NCBI GenBank assembly: GCA_965218425.1
Contig: OZ244621.1
Coordinates: forward strand, 320,001-384,000
Source: an uncultured Candidatus Binatia bacterium
Lineage (GTDB): Bacteria; Desulfobacterota; Binatia; UBA9968; CAXXLF01
Direction of reading: 5' to 3'
Length of the DNA stretch: 64,000 nt
This document shows positions 28,853 to 38,357 of this stretch, piece by piece (within the stretch, counting starts at the first letter, position 1; every line of letters starts with the position of its first letter). The translations under genes were made by a program, and so were the position numbers. Under the pieces are notes generated by a model. It was not told the origin of the DNA. It did no database searches and saw only the letters and a program-made list of their open reading frames with translations.

Positions 28853-30670
28853 CTACGTAGTAGCGCTTTTCTGTCCTTCACCCTGACTTCGGGCCGAACT
28901 CACCCGTCGATCGTGCTGTACCCCGAGGCGCAGGCCAAAGGCCCGAGCCGCGCCGGCGATGCCCACAGTGAGCACGATCAAAAAGATGCTAATGATACTG
29001 GCTTCCTCACGCATGCCGATGTCCGGGGAAGCGAACTCCAGGGCGAGGATGGAGAGCGTACGGGTGCCTCGGTCTGCGATGAGGATGATGCTGCTAGTGG
29101 TGTTAGCTGCAACCACGAAGTTCAGCGTAGCGATTAATATCCAAGTGGGCATGAGCAACGGGATCCAAACGCGGAAGTAGGTTCGAAACCACCCCGCGCC
29201 GGAGACTCTGGCCTGCTCTTCCATGTCTTTTCCCACCTGCACGAACACCCCCTTGAAGATGTTCGTGCCTGAGGTGTTGCCCTGGATGATCACCACCAAG
29301 ACCAGCGCATACATGCTGCCATAAAGAAAAACCATGGGCCGGAACCCGCTGCCCGGCGGCAGGTCTCCTAGAAACAACCACAACAGCCCCAACCCGGACA
29401 GGATGCCGGGAATCGCTCCGGAACCCCAGATGATAAAATCCAGCAGGTTGCGCCCGGGCAGACGGGTTTGAACCATGATGTAGGCTAGAATTGAAAAGAG
29501 TAGGGGGCTGAAGAGTGCTGACGTGGTTGCCAGGATCAAAGTGGTTTTAAGCCCGTCCATAAAGACATTGTCCGTGAGCACCAACCGCCAGTGCTCCAGG
29601 CTGAACACCGGATTGATATTGAAGTAGCCGGTGCGGGTCATGAAACTGCTGAGCACCAGAATGAAGGCCGGTAACAGAGTTAGCAGGAAGATGAGCGCCC
29701 CGATGGTGCCCAGGGCCGGCCACTTCCATTTGCCTAGGTCTACGAGTCCGGGCTTGAAACTGCCGGTGATCGTCGCATAGTGCCGCCGGTTCAGGATCCA
29801 GCGCTGCAGCGGGATGATGAACGCTACGACCAACAGCGTGATGCTGGCCAGGGACGTGGCCTGGCCGTAGAGGGGCGGTTCCTGGCGCACCATATCGAAG
29901 ATCATGGTGGAGTAAACGTAAAAGCCGAAGGGCACGCCTAAAAGTTGTTCCGTCTCGAAGGATTGAAAGATCCTAAGGAGCTGGAGGGCAAAAACCAATA
30001 CCATGGGAGAGGCCATCAGAGGAAGGGTGACCCTAAGCATGGTTCGGAGATCGGATGCGCCGCTAACTCTGGCAGCCTCCTCCATGCTGGCGTCCATGTT
30101 CCGAAATGCCGGCGTCAAAAGCATCACCTTGATAGCGATGCCATTGCCCATGAGGTTGGCCCACACGATACCCGAGATGCTGAAGATGTTGAATGGCCCC
30201 TCCTCAATGAAGGGCAGCTTCTGCAGCGCGACGTTGAGGATTCCCAGGTCCGGGTCCATGAGGCCGATCCAGGCAATTGTGGTGGAAATCCCCGGCATCA
30301 TGTACGAGATCCAGAACATGAACTCCAGTGTATGGCTGCCGGGGATTTTGGTGCGGGCCAGGGTCCATGCAATGACGGTCGCTATGGGAAAGCTGATGGA
30401 CATCACCAGCACCCAGATTAGGACTGTGTTGCCCACCGCTTTGAACAGCCGTGGCTCGGTGAAAGCCACCGCCCAGTTGTCCAGCCCCCACCGTGGCTTG
30501 CCAATAAGGATCTCGGGGGCGGTATTGAAGCTCTGGATTAGAATCAGAAAGACCGGATAGATGAGGTAAAAACCCAGCGCCAACAAGATGATGGCCATGA
30601 TGGCCGTCTTCTTGTACGCCTGTACGTCAACGCTCAACTGACGCGGTACAGTTGTCGTGATTTCTCCCAT
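28853..30670 (-). CDS. ABC transporter permease (fused duplicated TMD, FbpB class)
   Basis: Many TM segments; two EAA loops (EEAARVSGAS, EEQARVSGAG). Confidence 0.93.
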   Translation of the reverse strand: MGEITTTVPRQLSVDVQAYKKTAIMAIILLALGFYLIYPVFLILIQSFNTAPEILIGKPRWGLDNWAVAFTEPRLFKAVGNTVLIWVLVMSISFPIATVIAWTLARTKIPGSHTLEFMFWISYMMPGISTTIAWIGLMDPDLGILNVALQKLPFIEEGPFNIFSISGIVWANLMGNGIAIKVMLLTPAFRNMDASMEEAARVSGASDLRTMLRVTLPLMASPMVLVFALQLLRIFQSFETEQLLGVPFGFYVYSTMIFDMVRQEPPLYGQATSLASITLLVVAFIIPLQRWILNRRHYATITGSFKPGLVDLGKWKWPALGTIGALIFLLTLLPAFILVLSSFMTRTGYFNINPVFSLEHWRLVLTDNVFMDGLKTTLILATTSALFSPLLFSILAYIMVQTRLPGRNLLDFIIWGSGAIPGILSGLGLLWLFLGDLPPGSGFRPMVFLYGSMYALVLVVIIQGNTSGTNIFKGVFVQVGKDMEEQARVSGAGWFRTYFRVWIPLLMPTWILIATLNFVVAANTTSSIILIADRGTRTLSILALEFASPDIGMREEASIISIFLIVLTVGIAGAARAFGLRLGVQHDRRVSSARSQGEGQKSATT

Positions 30671-30764
30671 TTTCCTTCCTTCGACAAACTATCCAGCAAT
30701 TCCGCGTTCCAGGGGCTGGAGCCACCCTAACTCACAACCCATGGACATTGACCTATCCTCTCCA

Positions 30765-32021
30765 TCATTGTGATGCCATGCACAACGTTTCCGCGAAAGA
30801 CACTATCTGCCCCGAATCTGCCGGAACGAACATCTTCTCCGCGTTCTGCAGTGCCCAAACCCGCTTTTCCTGGACCTCCGGGTCATGGGCAAAGGTCATG
30901 TATTCGACCCCTGACCTGCGCATTTCTCCTTCATTAACCTTGCCCTGTTCCGTAACGTCGATGCGAAACGTCTGGTCCGGCGTCCGCGCGCTCTTGGTGT
31001 GCACGACGGTCTGGCCTTCCTTGGAGAGCAACCAGTTAACAAAAAGTCTCGCGGCGTTCGGGTGAGGCCTGCGATTGAGTACCATGATGTTGTTGGATGA
31101 GCCAGTTCCCTGGAGGGTGGGCCGCTCCTTCACCGGCTTTTCGAGAATCCGTCCAAAGTTTGCCACGGGAAGGCCCCGCTTGCCCAACCGGTCGATATCA
31201 CGGCCGCCCGACCCCACGAAGATGGCCATAGTATACTTCCCCTGGGCAACGCCATCCGCCACTTGTCTATAGTCTCCGGTAAATTTGACGTCGAGCTCCG
31301 GGTCAAAGAAACGCCGGAGATAATCCGCCCCCATGTCCGGATGCACTTGGACGGTGAAGTAAGTACCACCGGCACCGGCAATGGTCGGCGGAAGGGCGAC
31401 GATTTTCCCGGCAAACCGTTTCTTATCCAGAAAATCGAATACGGAGTCCATTCTCTTGGCCTCCTTGATCGACAATTTGTCCGTGTTGAAGCGCATGGCG
31501 ACCGGAGTGAGGTCAGCGCTGCCCGTAAAGGCAAAGATGTACCTCTCATGCGGGTCGCTGTAGTAGTGCCTGCCCCCGTACCACAGCGACGTGTCCACTA
31601 CCTCTGGGAGAACCAATTCTGGTTTGATAGGGTCGAGCACCTTGTTTGGCATAAGGCGTCTATTTCCAGTGGTGGGCCCTACCATGATGACGTCGACCTT
31701 GTACTTGCCCGCGCCGCGCTCGGCCAGGAGCCGATCCGCCTGCCTGCGCCCGCTACCCGTGGAAACCACCGTTCGAACTCCGAACTTGTTTTCAAAGAAC
31801 TTAAAGACTGGCCTGTAATTACGGGAGGCCGAGCCACCTAGCACCACCACCAGTTGACCTTCCTTCTTCGCCGCTGCGAGGGTATCATCCCAGGTATCGG
31901 CTACCGATAGGCCCGCCATCGCCAGCACCAATAGACCTGACAATAAAAATGCCGCGAGATCCCGAGGCGTTATCCACGTCTTCATCTGACTCTTCTTTTG
32001 TAAAGCAATTTTCCCGGGCAT
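30765..32021 (-). CDS. ABC transporter substrate-binding protein
   Basis: Hydrophobic signal region, AAAKKEG, PHPNAARLFVNWLLSKEGQ. First gene of an SBP-permease-ATPase operon; start uncertain. Confidence 0.88.
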   Translation of the reverse strand: MPGKIALQKKSQMKTWITPRDLAAFLLSGLLVLAMAGLSVADTWDDTLAAAKKEGQLVVVLGGSASRNYRPVFKFFENKFGVRTVVSTGSGRRQADRLLAERGAGKYKVDVIMVGPTTGNRRLMPNKVLDPIKPELVLPEVVDTSLWYGGRHYYSDPHERYIFAFTGSADLTPVAMRFNTDKLSIKEAKRMDSVFDFLDKKRFAGKIVALPPTIAGAGGTYFTVQVHPDMGADYLRRFFDPELDVKFTGDYRQVADGVAQGKYTMAIFVGSGGRDIDRLGKRGLPVANFGRILEKPVKERPTLQGTGSSNNIMVLNRRPHPNAARLFVNWLLSKEGQTVVHTKSARTPDQTFRIDVTEQGKVNEGEMRRSGVEYMTFAHDPEVQEKRVWALQNAEKMFVPADSGQIVSFAETLCMASQ

Positions 32022-32389
32022 CTTGATGCCCCCCTTAAATAAACAGCCAAAGCTTAGTATGTCTATCAATTCAACCGGCACTCAGCCCTTCATCCATCTG
32101 ATTGGTTCCATATCCCAGAAACTAAAAGGCCAGCACACCCGAGCGTTGAATCGCGGTAGATGGCTGGCAGTACGTTTCGGTCTTTCCCCTTACTCAGAAA
32201 CATTTGGATTCCGCCTATATGCGTCGTGAAAACCAGGCTCACCAACGCCGGGGGAAAGCTTGACCTTCAACATCTGCGCATGAATACCATATAGAGCATA
32301 CATGTCAACAGCTAGCATGGGGGCAAATGGATTGCATAGAGACCACCCTCGGGCGCTAAAAGATCCTTTTGAACCGAACCCAATTCTGG

Positions 32390-32419
32390 TTGACATAATC
32401 CCGCCTTTGGCGATAGGAT
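32390..32419 (+). promoter_or_regulatory. putative sigma70 promoter for the DapA-like gene
   Basis: TTGACA-N18-TAGGAT. Confidence 0.5.
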
Positions 32420-32514
32420 TCCACAGCGTGAAGCGTAATACTTTATAGCGCATAATTTTCTTCGGCTACAGGGTGAATACAGGCGGCAACCCACTCTTAC
32501 AAAGGAGGTACGAG

Positions 32515-33465
32515 ATGGCTAAAGACGTGCGAAAGGATTTTAAGGGTTTGGTGATGCCAATTCCGGCAGTTTTTGACGGCAAGGGAGAGCCGGACCTTCC
32601 CATGATTGAAAAGCTAACGGACTGGTATCTGGGCGCCGGGGTCCATGGTTTCTTCGTTCTCGGCTCCCAGGGTCAGGGTCCAGCCAGTCGCATCGACCAA
32701 AGGAAGGCGGTGGCAGAAGCGGTGGTTCGGAAGGTAAACGGGCGGGTGCCGGTGGTTGTCCAGGTAGGAGCCGTGGAACCGTACACCTGTATCGAACTGG
32801 GAACCCACGCCAAGGAGATCGGGGCGGATGGCATCGGGATCGTTGGACCTTACTACTACAGTGACCGCAACGAGTGGGAGCTCCTCGAACACTACAAGAT
32901 GGTGGACAAGGCGGTGGACCTCCCAGTGCTCCTCTACAATAACCCGGAGTATTCTGGTTACCCCATCCCGCCGAACATGATGGCAAAATTACGCGAGGCT
33001 GTGCCCAACGTCTTTGCAGCAAAGTTGGCCATGGGAAGCGTGGATCAGGCGGTGAATTACCTCCGCGTGTTGAGCCGCGAATTTACGATCTTTATACCCA
33101 TCACCCAGATGCTGCCCGGCATGCCCCTCGGAGTGAGGGGAAGCATCGCGGCGGGGGCACCCGTTACGGTACCGGAGAGCGGTGTACAGCTGGTGGAAGC
33201 GGTCTGGGCGGGTGACTTTGATAGGGCCATGAGAATAGAGATCCTACTGTTGGAGCACGGTGAACGAATGGCACCCCTACGACAGTACGGCAGGCGGACT
33301 ACCATGGAAGGCTTGCGCTTGAGGGGACTCGAGGTGAAGGAATATCCCAGGTGGCCCACCAAGCCGCTTTCGGCAGAGCACCAGAAACTCTATGAAACAA
33401 ACATGAAACGCATCCTCGAAGAGCTACAGGCCCTCACCCCGCAACAGAAGAAAGTCGCGGTATAG
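32515..33465 (+). CDS. dihydrodipicolinate synthase/N-acetylneuraminate lyase family aldolase
   Basis: GSQGQ, PYYY, LYNNP, Schiff-base K in AAKLA. AAGGAGG RBS. Confidence 0.9.
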   Translation: MAKDVRKDFKGLVMPIPAVFDGKGEPDLPMIEKLTDWYLGAGVHGFFVLGSQGQGPASRIDQRKAVAEAVVRKVNGRVPVVVQVGAVEPYTCIELGTHAKEIGADGIGIVGPYYYSDRNEWELLEHYKMVDKAVDLPVLLYNNPEYSGYPIPPNMMAKLREAVPNVFAAKLAMGSVDQAVNYLRVLSREFTIFIPITQMLPGMPLGVRGSIAAGAPVTVPESGVQLVEAVWAGDFDRAMRIEILLLEHGERMAPLRQYGRRTTMEGLRLRGLEVKEYPRWPTKPLSAEHQKLYETNMKRILEELQALTPQQKKVAV

Positions 33466-33507
33466 AGAGCCTGTTAGATTCGAAGCGACTTCAATACATC
33501 CCTCTAT

Positions 33508-33536
33508 GGCCACCCGCCGAAGAACGGCGGGTGGCC
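33508..33536 (+). terminator. 12-bp perfect hairpin after the DapA-like gene (terminator or REP-like)
   Basis: GGCCACCCGCCG-aagaa-CGGCGGGTGGCC, followed shortly by T-rich sequence. Confidence 0.55.
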
Positions 33537-33593
33537 GATGCTTTACTTTCCATTTAGCGCCACTACCGTTCTTTAAGAACACCGTTTCCCGCC

Positions 33594-34700
33594 TGAACTG
33601 GATCAAACACATGTGAGACAGATTTAAGCTACAAAGGAGGGGTTTTGTAAGTATAAAGAAAGGACCCCTCCATGAGCTACTTTGGACTGAACTGGCAATT
33701 TAACTGGGCTTGCCGTCATCTCCACACTAACCTCTCGCCCAAAGAGCGCGATCGACTTAGAGCCCTCCTTCTGTGGCAGGAGACCAAAGACATAAAGCTT
33801 ACCTACCGCACTTTTGACCTGAGCCGACCCACTGTTTACCTCCGGCTCCAACGCTTTGATCCCAACGACCTCGGCTCCCTTCGAGAGCGTTCTCGCAAAC
33901 CGCACCGGTTCACACAGCCCCAATGGCCCCTGGCCCTCAAGCAGGCAATACTACGCTTAACAGAGCAATATCCCCGCTGGGGTAAAAACAAACTCGTAGT
34001 GCTACTTCAAAACGAAGGCTTTGAGGTCTGTGCTCCTACCGTGGGCCGTATTCTCAGCTCTGTCAGGCAGCGCGGACAACTCATAGAGCCAAAACCCCAA
34101 GCTATCTCCACAAAAAGACGGCGTAAGCTAAGACCCTACGCTATCGGTAAACCCAAAGACTATCAGCCCCTTTACCCTGGCGACCTGGTTCAAATCGACA
34201 CCCTCGACATCGGTCCCGTGCCAGGCGTGATCCTCAAACAGTTCACTGCCCGCGATGTGGTCTCGCGCTGGGACGTACTCAAAGTTCATCGTCAAGCTAG
34301 CGCCCCCCTAGCCGCCTCGTTCATCGATACCATCAAGGCTCGTATGCCCTTTGCCGTACGTGCCTTTCAGGTCGATGGAGGCTCAGAGTTGTTCTCTGAC
34401 TTTGAGACCCACTGCCAACAACATGGCATCCGGTTGTTCGTCGTGGGGCCTAAAAGTCCTAAGCTCAATGGTGCTGTGCAACGGGCTAACCGTACTCACA
34501 CTGAGGAGTTCTATGAGGTCCAACAGTGTGCTTGGACCGTTGAGGCTCTTAACCAACAACTGCTCGAATGGGAACGGACCTACAATACGGTACGGCCCCA
34601 CCAGGCACTTAATTACTTAACTCCCTTGCAATATCTCCAAGACCGAGGCATCGTATCCTCCAAAAACCCCTCCCTGTCTCATATGTACTGATCCACTACG
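33594..34700 (+). mobile_element. IS481-family element, degenerate ends, 5-bp target duplication CCGCC
   Basis: Left TGAACTGGATCAAACACATGTGAGACA versus right-end reverse complement CGTAGTGGATCAGTACATATGAGACA. CCGCC occurs at 33589-33593 and 34701-34705. Confidence 0.8.
33672..34691 (+). CDS. IS481-family transposase (probably inactive)
   Basis: HTH region, VQIDT, QVDGGSE, KLNGAVQRANRT, YNTVRPHQAL. Confidence 0.88.
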   Translation: MSYFGLNWQFNWACRHLHTNLSPKERDRLRALLLWQETKDIKLTYRTFDLSRPTVYLRLQRFDPNDLGSLRERSRKPHRFTQPQWPLALKQAILRLTEQYPRWGKNKLVVLLQNEGFEVCAPTVGRILSSVRQRGQLIEPKPQAISTKRRRKLRPYAIGKPKDYQPLYPGDLVQIDTLDIGPVPGVILKQFTARDVVSRWDVLKVHRQASAPLAASFIDTIKARMPFAVRAFQVDGGSELFSDFETHCQQHGIRLFVVGPKSPKLNGAVQRANRTHTEEFYEVQQCAWTVEALNQQLLEWERTYNTVRPHQALNYLTPLQYLQDRGIVSSKNPSLSHMY

Positions 34701-34705
34701 CCGCC

Positions 34706-34735
34706 TTGACATCCCTCCATAGCAGGAGATAGAGT
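34706..34735 (+). promoter_or_regulatory. putative sigma70 promoter for the SBP-permease pair
   Basis: TTGACA-N18-TAGAGT. Confidence 0.5.
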
Positions 34736-34813
34736 CGCCCCCTGAACAAAGAAAGACACTCCATCGAAGGTCCATGTGAATTCAGTTTAGTCTTGTTTTT
34801 AAGGAGGGATACC

Positions 34814-35878
34814 ATGGAACAAAAAAGATATTTTGTAATGTTTTTGGTTACCCTTTTTGCGGTGGTTTGCGGAGCCAGCCTGGCATCTGCAGATCCCGTG
34901 GATGACTTGGTGGCAGCCGCAAAAAAGGAAGGCACCATTGAATACTACGCGCCAGGGATTCTAACTCCAAAAGCGGCGAAGGCCATAGCAAAAGCCTTCA
35001 ATAAAAAACATGGGCTTAATATCAGGGTCAACTATACTCCGTCAGGAGGCATTAGCCGGCAGATCGGCATGCTCATCAGTCAATCGGTCACTGGAGTTGA
35101 ACCGGAATGGGACGTAATGACGCTTCCCGACACCTTTCAGGGTCGGCTGTTTGGAAGGAAGTTGCAGCTGCCGTTTGACTACGCAAAGCTTGGCGTGAAC
35201 CGAGAGACAATCCACTACAGAAACAACGCAGTTGCCATCTACAGCGCTTTTGCTCTCCCCGGCTACAACACCAAACTTGTGGCCCCCAAGGATATTCCGA
35301 AGAAATGGGAGGATCTATTAAACCCCAAGTGGAAAGGAAAGCTGGGGCAGTCTACCCTTCTCCATCACCTCGCTCGCTTGGCCGTAACTGATTGGGGAGA
35401 GGAGAGGACTACCGAGTTCGTCGAGGGTCTGGCCAAGCAAAACCTGGTTCTTGGTAGAATTGCAGAGATCGTACAAAGACTCCAGCTAGGTGAAATTCAG
35501 GCAGCGACCTCAATTCTAGACGCGCATGTTTTCCAGTCTAAAAAAACCGGCGCACCCATTGCCTTGGCAGAAGGGGTGTCACCGATTGTCGGCTATACCG
35601 TACAGGCCAGTGTTCTCAAAGGGGCTCGCCATCCCAACGCAGGGCACCTCTTTGCCGCCTTCCTCACAACTCCTGAGGTGCAGAAGATTATGTATGCCGA
35701 TTTTGGCGAGAGCCTGCACACCGTCTCTGGCACCCCAGCTCACAACCTGGTCAAGAGCCGCAAGGTCGTATTTATGACCGATAAGGACGCCAGGGCCGTA
35801 GGAAAGCTCCAGAGAAAGTATAGCGAAATGGTAGGTTTCAAGAGGAGAAGAAGGGGAAAGAAGAAGAAAAATCAATAG
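34814..35878 (+). CDS. ABC transporter substrate-binding protein
   Basis: Sec signal ending ASA-D, AAAKKEG, YNTKLV, WEDLLNPKWKGK, ARHPNAG. AAGGAGG RBS. Confidence 0.9.
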   Translation: MEQKRYFVMFLVTLFAVVCGASLASADPVDDLVAAAKKEGTIEYYAPGILTPKAAKAIAKAFNKKHGLNIRVNYTPSGGISRQIGMLISQSVTGVEPEWDVMTLPDTFQGRLFGRKLQLPFDYAKLGVNRETIHYRNNAVAIYSAFALPGYNTKLVAPKDIPKKWEDLLNPKWKGKLGQSTLLHHLARLAVTDWGEERTTEFVEGLAKQNLVLGRIAEIVQRLQLGEIQAATSILDAHVFQSKKTGAPIALAEGVSPIVGYTVQASVLKGARHPNAGHLFAAFLTTPEVQKIMYADFGESLHTVSGTPAHNLVKSRKVVFMTDKDARAVGKLQRKYSEMVGFKRRRRGKKKKNQ

Positions 35879-35894
35879 AGAAGAAATATTTGGA

Positions 35895-37655
35895 ATGAAA
35901 CTTTTGACGGCCCAAGGTTCTGGATTGGGTGTCCTGGGCCGAACACTAGCTTTCAGACCCCAGGGCAGTAGTCTTTTTGCCGGGGCATTACTCGCCTTTT
36001 TAATTCTCATCGTTGGGGCACCGGTGGCTATGGTGGTGCTCATGAGCTTCCGAACCGGATTCCCAGGTGAGGACGTCCCATTTACCCTGGAGAATTACCA
36101 GGACATTTATACCGATCCGGGCTTTTACGAAATCCTCGACAACACCTTCCTCTTTGCCATGGGTAGCGTTACCGTAGCGCTCCTTTTTGCTATTCCGCTA
36201 TCCTGGCTGCTAATGCGCACCGATATTCCTTTTAAGAAGACATTCTATGTTCTATTTACCGTGGGAATCCTGATCCCCGTGTTTCTACGCACCATCGCTT
36301 GGATTCTGCTCCTTAGCCCACAGATCGGTTTGGTGAATCAATGGCTCTCACAAATTTTTGGTCTGGACCGTCCTCTGCTAAGCCTTTACAACATCCCAGG
36401 CATGGCATTTATCCAAGGTATTTCTTTTGTCCCGGGCGCATTTTTCATGTTGGCAGCCTCTTACCGCAGCATGGACCCGACCCTCGAGGAGGCTTCCTAC
36501 ACCTCTGGGGTGAGCAAGCTTAGAACCTTTTTATGGATCAATATTCCCATCACGTTTCCCGCCATAGCGGCGGTGGTGATTTACCTCATCATGACGGCCA
36601 TCGCTGTATTCGAGGTACCTGCCATCATAGGACTCCCTGCGAGGATCTTGGTTCTTAGCTCCCTAATCTTCTCGTCCATTTCTGATCCAACGGGTCTTCC
36701 CGAGTATGGCCTTGCTGGCGCATGTGGAGCGGTCATGCTTGTGACGGGACTTGCATTTGCTTTTTTCTACGTGCGCTTGGTGCGTCACGGCAAGAAGTAT
36801 ACCGTCGTGACCGGAAGGGGCTATCGTCCTAGAGAAATTGAACTGGGTCGCTGGAAGTGGCCGGCCCTAGCCTTTGTCCTGCTCTACTTCACCCTGGAGG
36901 TGTTCTTACCCTTTCTTGTGCTACTCTGGACATCCTTCCTCCCCCGTGTTCAGCTTCCAAGCGTTGCTGCCCTAGGGACCATGAACTTCAACAACTACGT
37001 GGCTATCTTGGAATACGCAGGAGCCCGTCCGTTCATTAATACAGCGATTCTCATGTTTGGCGTGCCCACGGGCGCAATGCTTCTCAGTGTCATGGTGTCC
37101 TGGGTAGTCATCAGGACCCAGGTGAGCTTCCGGGGAGTCTTAGACACCATGGCCTTTTTGCCCCATGCGGTTCCAAGCATCCTGCTTGCCATAGGTCTAG
37201 CCTACCTGGGACTCGTTTACAGGAACGTCTTTCCGATCTACGGTACCATTTTGATCATCATGGTGGGCCACATCATTAGTTGGGTCGCTTACGGCACCCG
37301 GACTACGAATGGTGTTATGATTCAATTGCATAAAGAGCTGGAAGAGGCCGGTAGAGTATCCGGCGCATCGACTTCCCGCGTGCTTCTACGCATTGTTTTA
37401 CCACTGATCGCTTCTGGAATATTCAACAGTTGGGTATGGATCAGTATGCTCTCTTACCGGGAAGTAACCATGGCCTTAACTCTGCAAACCAGTAAGAGTG
37501 TGGTGGTCTCCACCATTGTCTTCCTGGCCTGGGGCAACGGACTGGTTCCGCAGGTGGCGGCACTGGGTGTGATGTTAATCGCCTTCGCGTTGGTTGTGGT
37601 AGGTGGGCTGCGTCTCGGCTTTTCCAGGCTTAACACGGTGGGCACAACAGGCTAG
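35895..37655 (+). CDS. ABC transporter permease (fused duplicated TMD)
   Basis: TM-rich; EEASYTSGVS and EEAGRVSGAS loops. Confidence 0.93.
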   Translation: MKLLTAQGSGLGVLGRTLAFRPQGSSLFAGALLAFLILIVGAPVAMVVLMSFRTGFPGEDVPFTLENYQDIYTDPGFYEILDNTFLFAMGSVTVALLFAIPLSWLLMRTDIPFKKTFYVLFTVGILIPVFLRTIAWILLLSPQIGLVNQWLSQIFGLDRPLLSLYNIPGMAFIQGISFVPGAFFMLAASYRSMDPTLEEASYTSGVSKLRTFLWINIPITFPAIAAVVIYLIMTAIAVFEVPAIIGLPARILVLSSLIFSSISDPTGLPEYGLAGACGAVMLVTGLAFAFFYVRLVRHGKKYTVVTGRGYRPREIELGRWKWPALAFVLLYFTLEVFLPFLVLLWTSFLPRVQLPSVAALGTMNFNNYVAILEYAGARPFINTAILMFGVPTGAMLLSVMVSWVVIRTQVSFRGVLDTMAFLPHAVPSILLAIGLAYLGLVYRNVFPIYGTILIIMVGHIISWVAYGTRTTNGVMIQLHKELEEAGRVSGASTSRVLLRIVLPLIASGIFNSWVWISMLSYREVTMALTLQTSKSVVVSTIVFLAWGNGLVPQVAALGVMLIAFALVVVGGLRLGFSRLNTVGTTG

Positions 37656-37776
37656 CCCGTGGAAACAATTGTCTCAGGTCATCTTTACAGGTCGACTCTC
37701 GATGGGGTCCGAAACCCAGCTATTTGAGACAAGACACTGAAGGGTCTAATTCCCAACAATGTTGTCTTGAAATGCT

Positions 37777-38337
37777 TTAGCGTCCTCTTGGACCAGATTT
37801 AGGAGCCTCCTCGATCTGCTCCAAATCATTATATCCCATAGCCTTGTAGATGCGGTTACTGGCTGAGATGAATCTGGCGGAACTGTCAGGATCTGAATTG
37901 AAATGCTGGTGCACCGTGTTCACTGGGATGTAAACGATGTCTCCCTCTTGCCAATCAAAACGCTGAGGCTCTTGGTCCCTCTTCCATATGTATTTCTCCT
38001 TCAGATCAAAATCTACATCCCAGTGAAGGTCGTACCCCCTCCCCCCGAGAACAAATATGAACTCGTCGGCCATATGCCGATGCCTGCCTGAATGGCTCCC
38101 CGGAGGAATTTCCTGGATGTAGACGTCCATGGTTTTCGACCGGACGTTCATGTGCTCATTGGATAAATGCTTGAGTCGCCCCTGCGGGGAATCATCCCAT
38201 GGCATCTCCTTAGCCTTGATTACCTTTTGCAGTGTCTCGTCCCGACGCTGCCGCTCCCGGGCATCCTTGAGGGTTTTTTCGTAGTAACTCTTCTTCCGTT
38301 TCCCCTTGGAAAATTTTTTTGCTTCTCCAAATCGCAT
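37777..38337 (-). CDS. cupin domain protein
   Basis: GRHRHMADE...GRGYD...PVNTVHQHFN. Confidence 0.88.
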   Translation of the reverse strand: MRFGEAKKFSKGKRKKSYYEKTLKDARERQRRDETLQKVIKAKEMPWDDSPQGRLKHLSNEHMNVRSKTMDVYIQEIPPGSHSGRHRHMADEFIFVLGGRGYDLHWDVDFDLKEKYIWKRDQEPQRFDWQEGDIVYIPVNTVHQHFNSDPDSSARFISASNRIYKAMGYNDLEQIEEAPKSGPRGR

Positions 38338-38357
38338 GACGGCTCTCTCTCCTCCGG

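Noticed and set aside
30765..30830. Odd C-terminus of the SBP suggesting a frameshift
   Set aside because: No alternative frame gives a clearly better ending.
37669..37770. Short inverted repeats TTGTCTCA/TGAGACAA between convergent genes
   Set aside because: Only 7-8 bp with no TSD; compatible with chance or a terminator.
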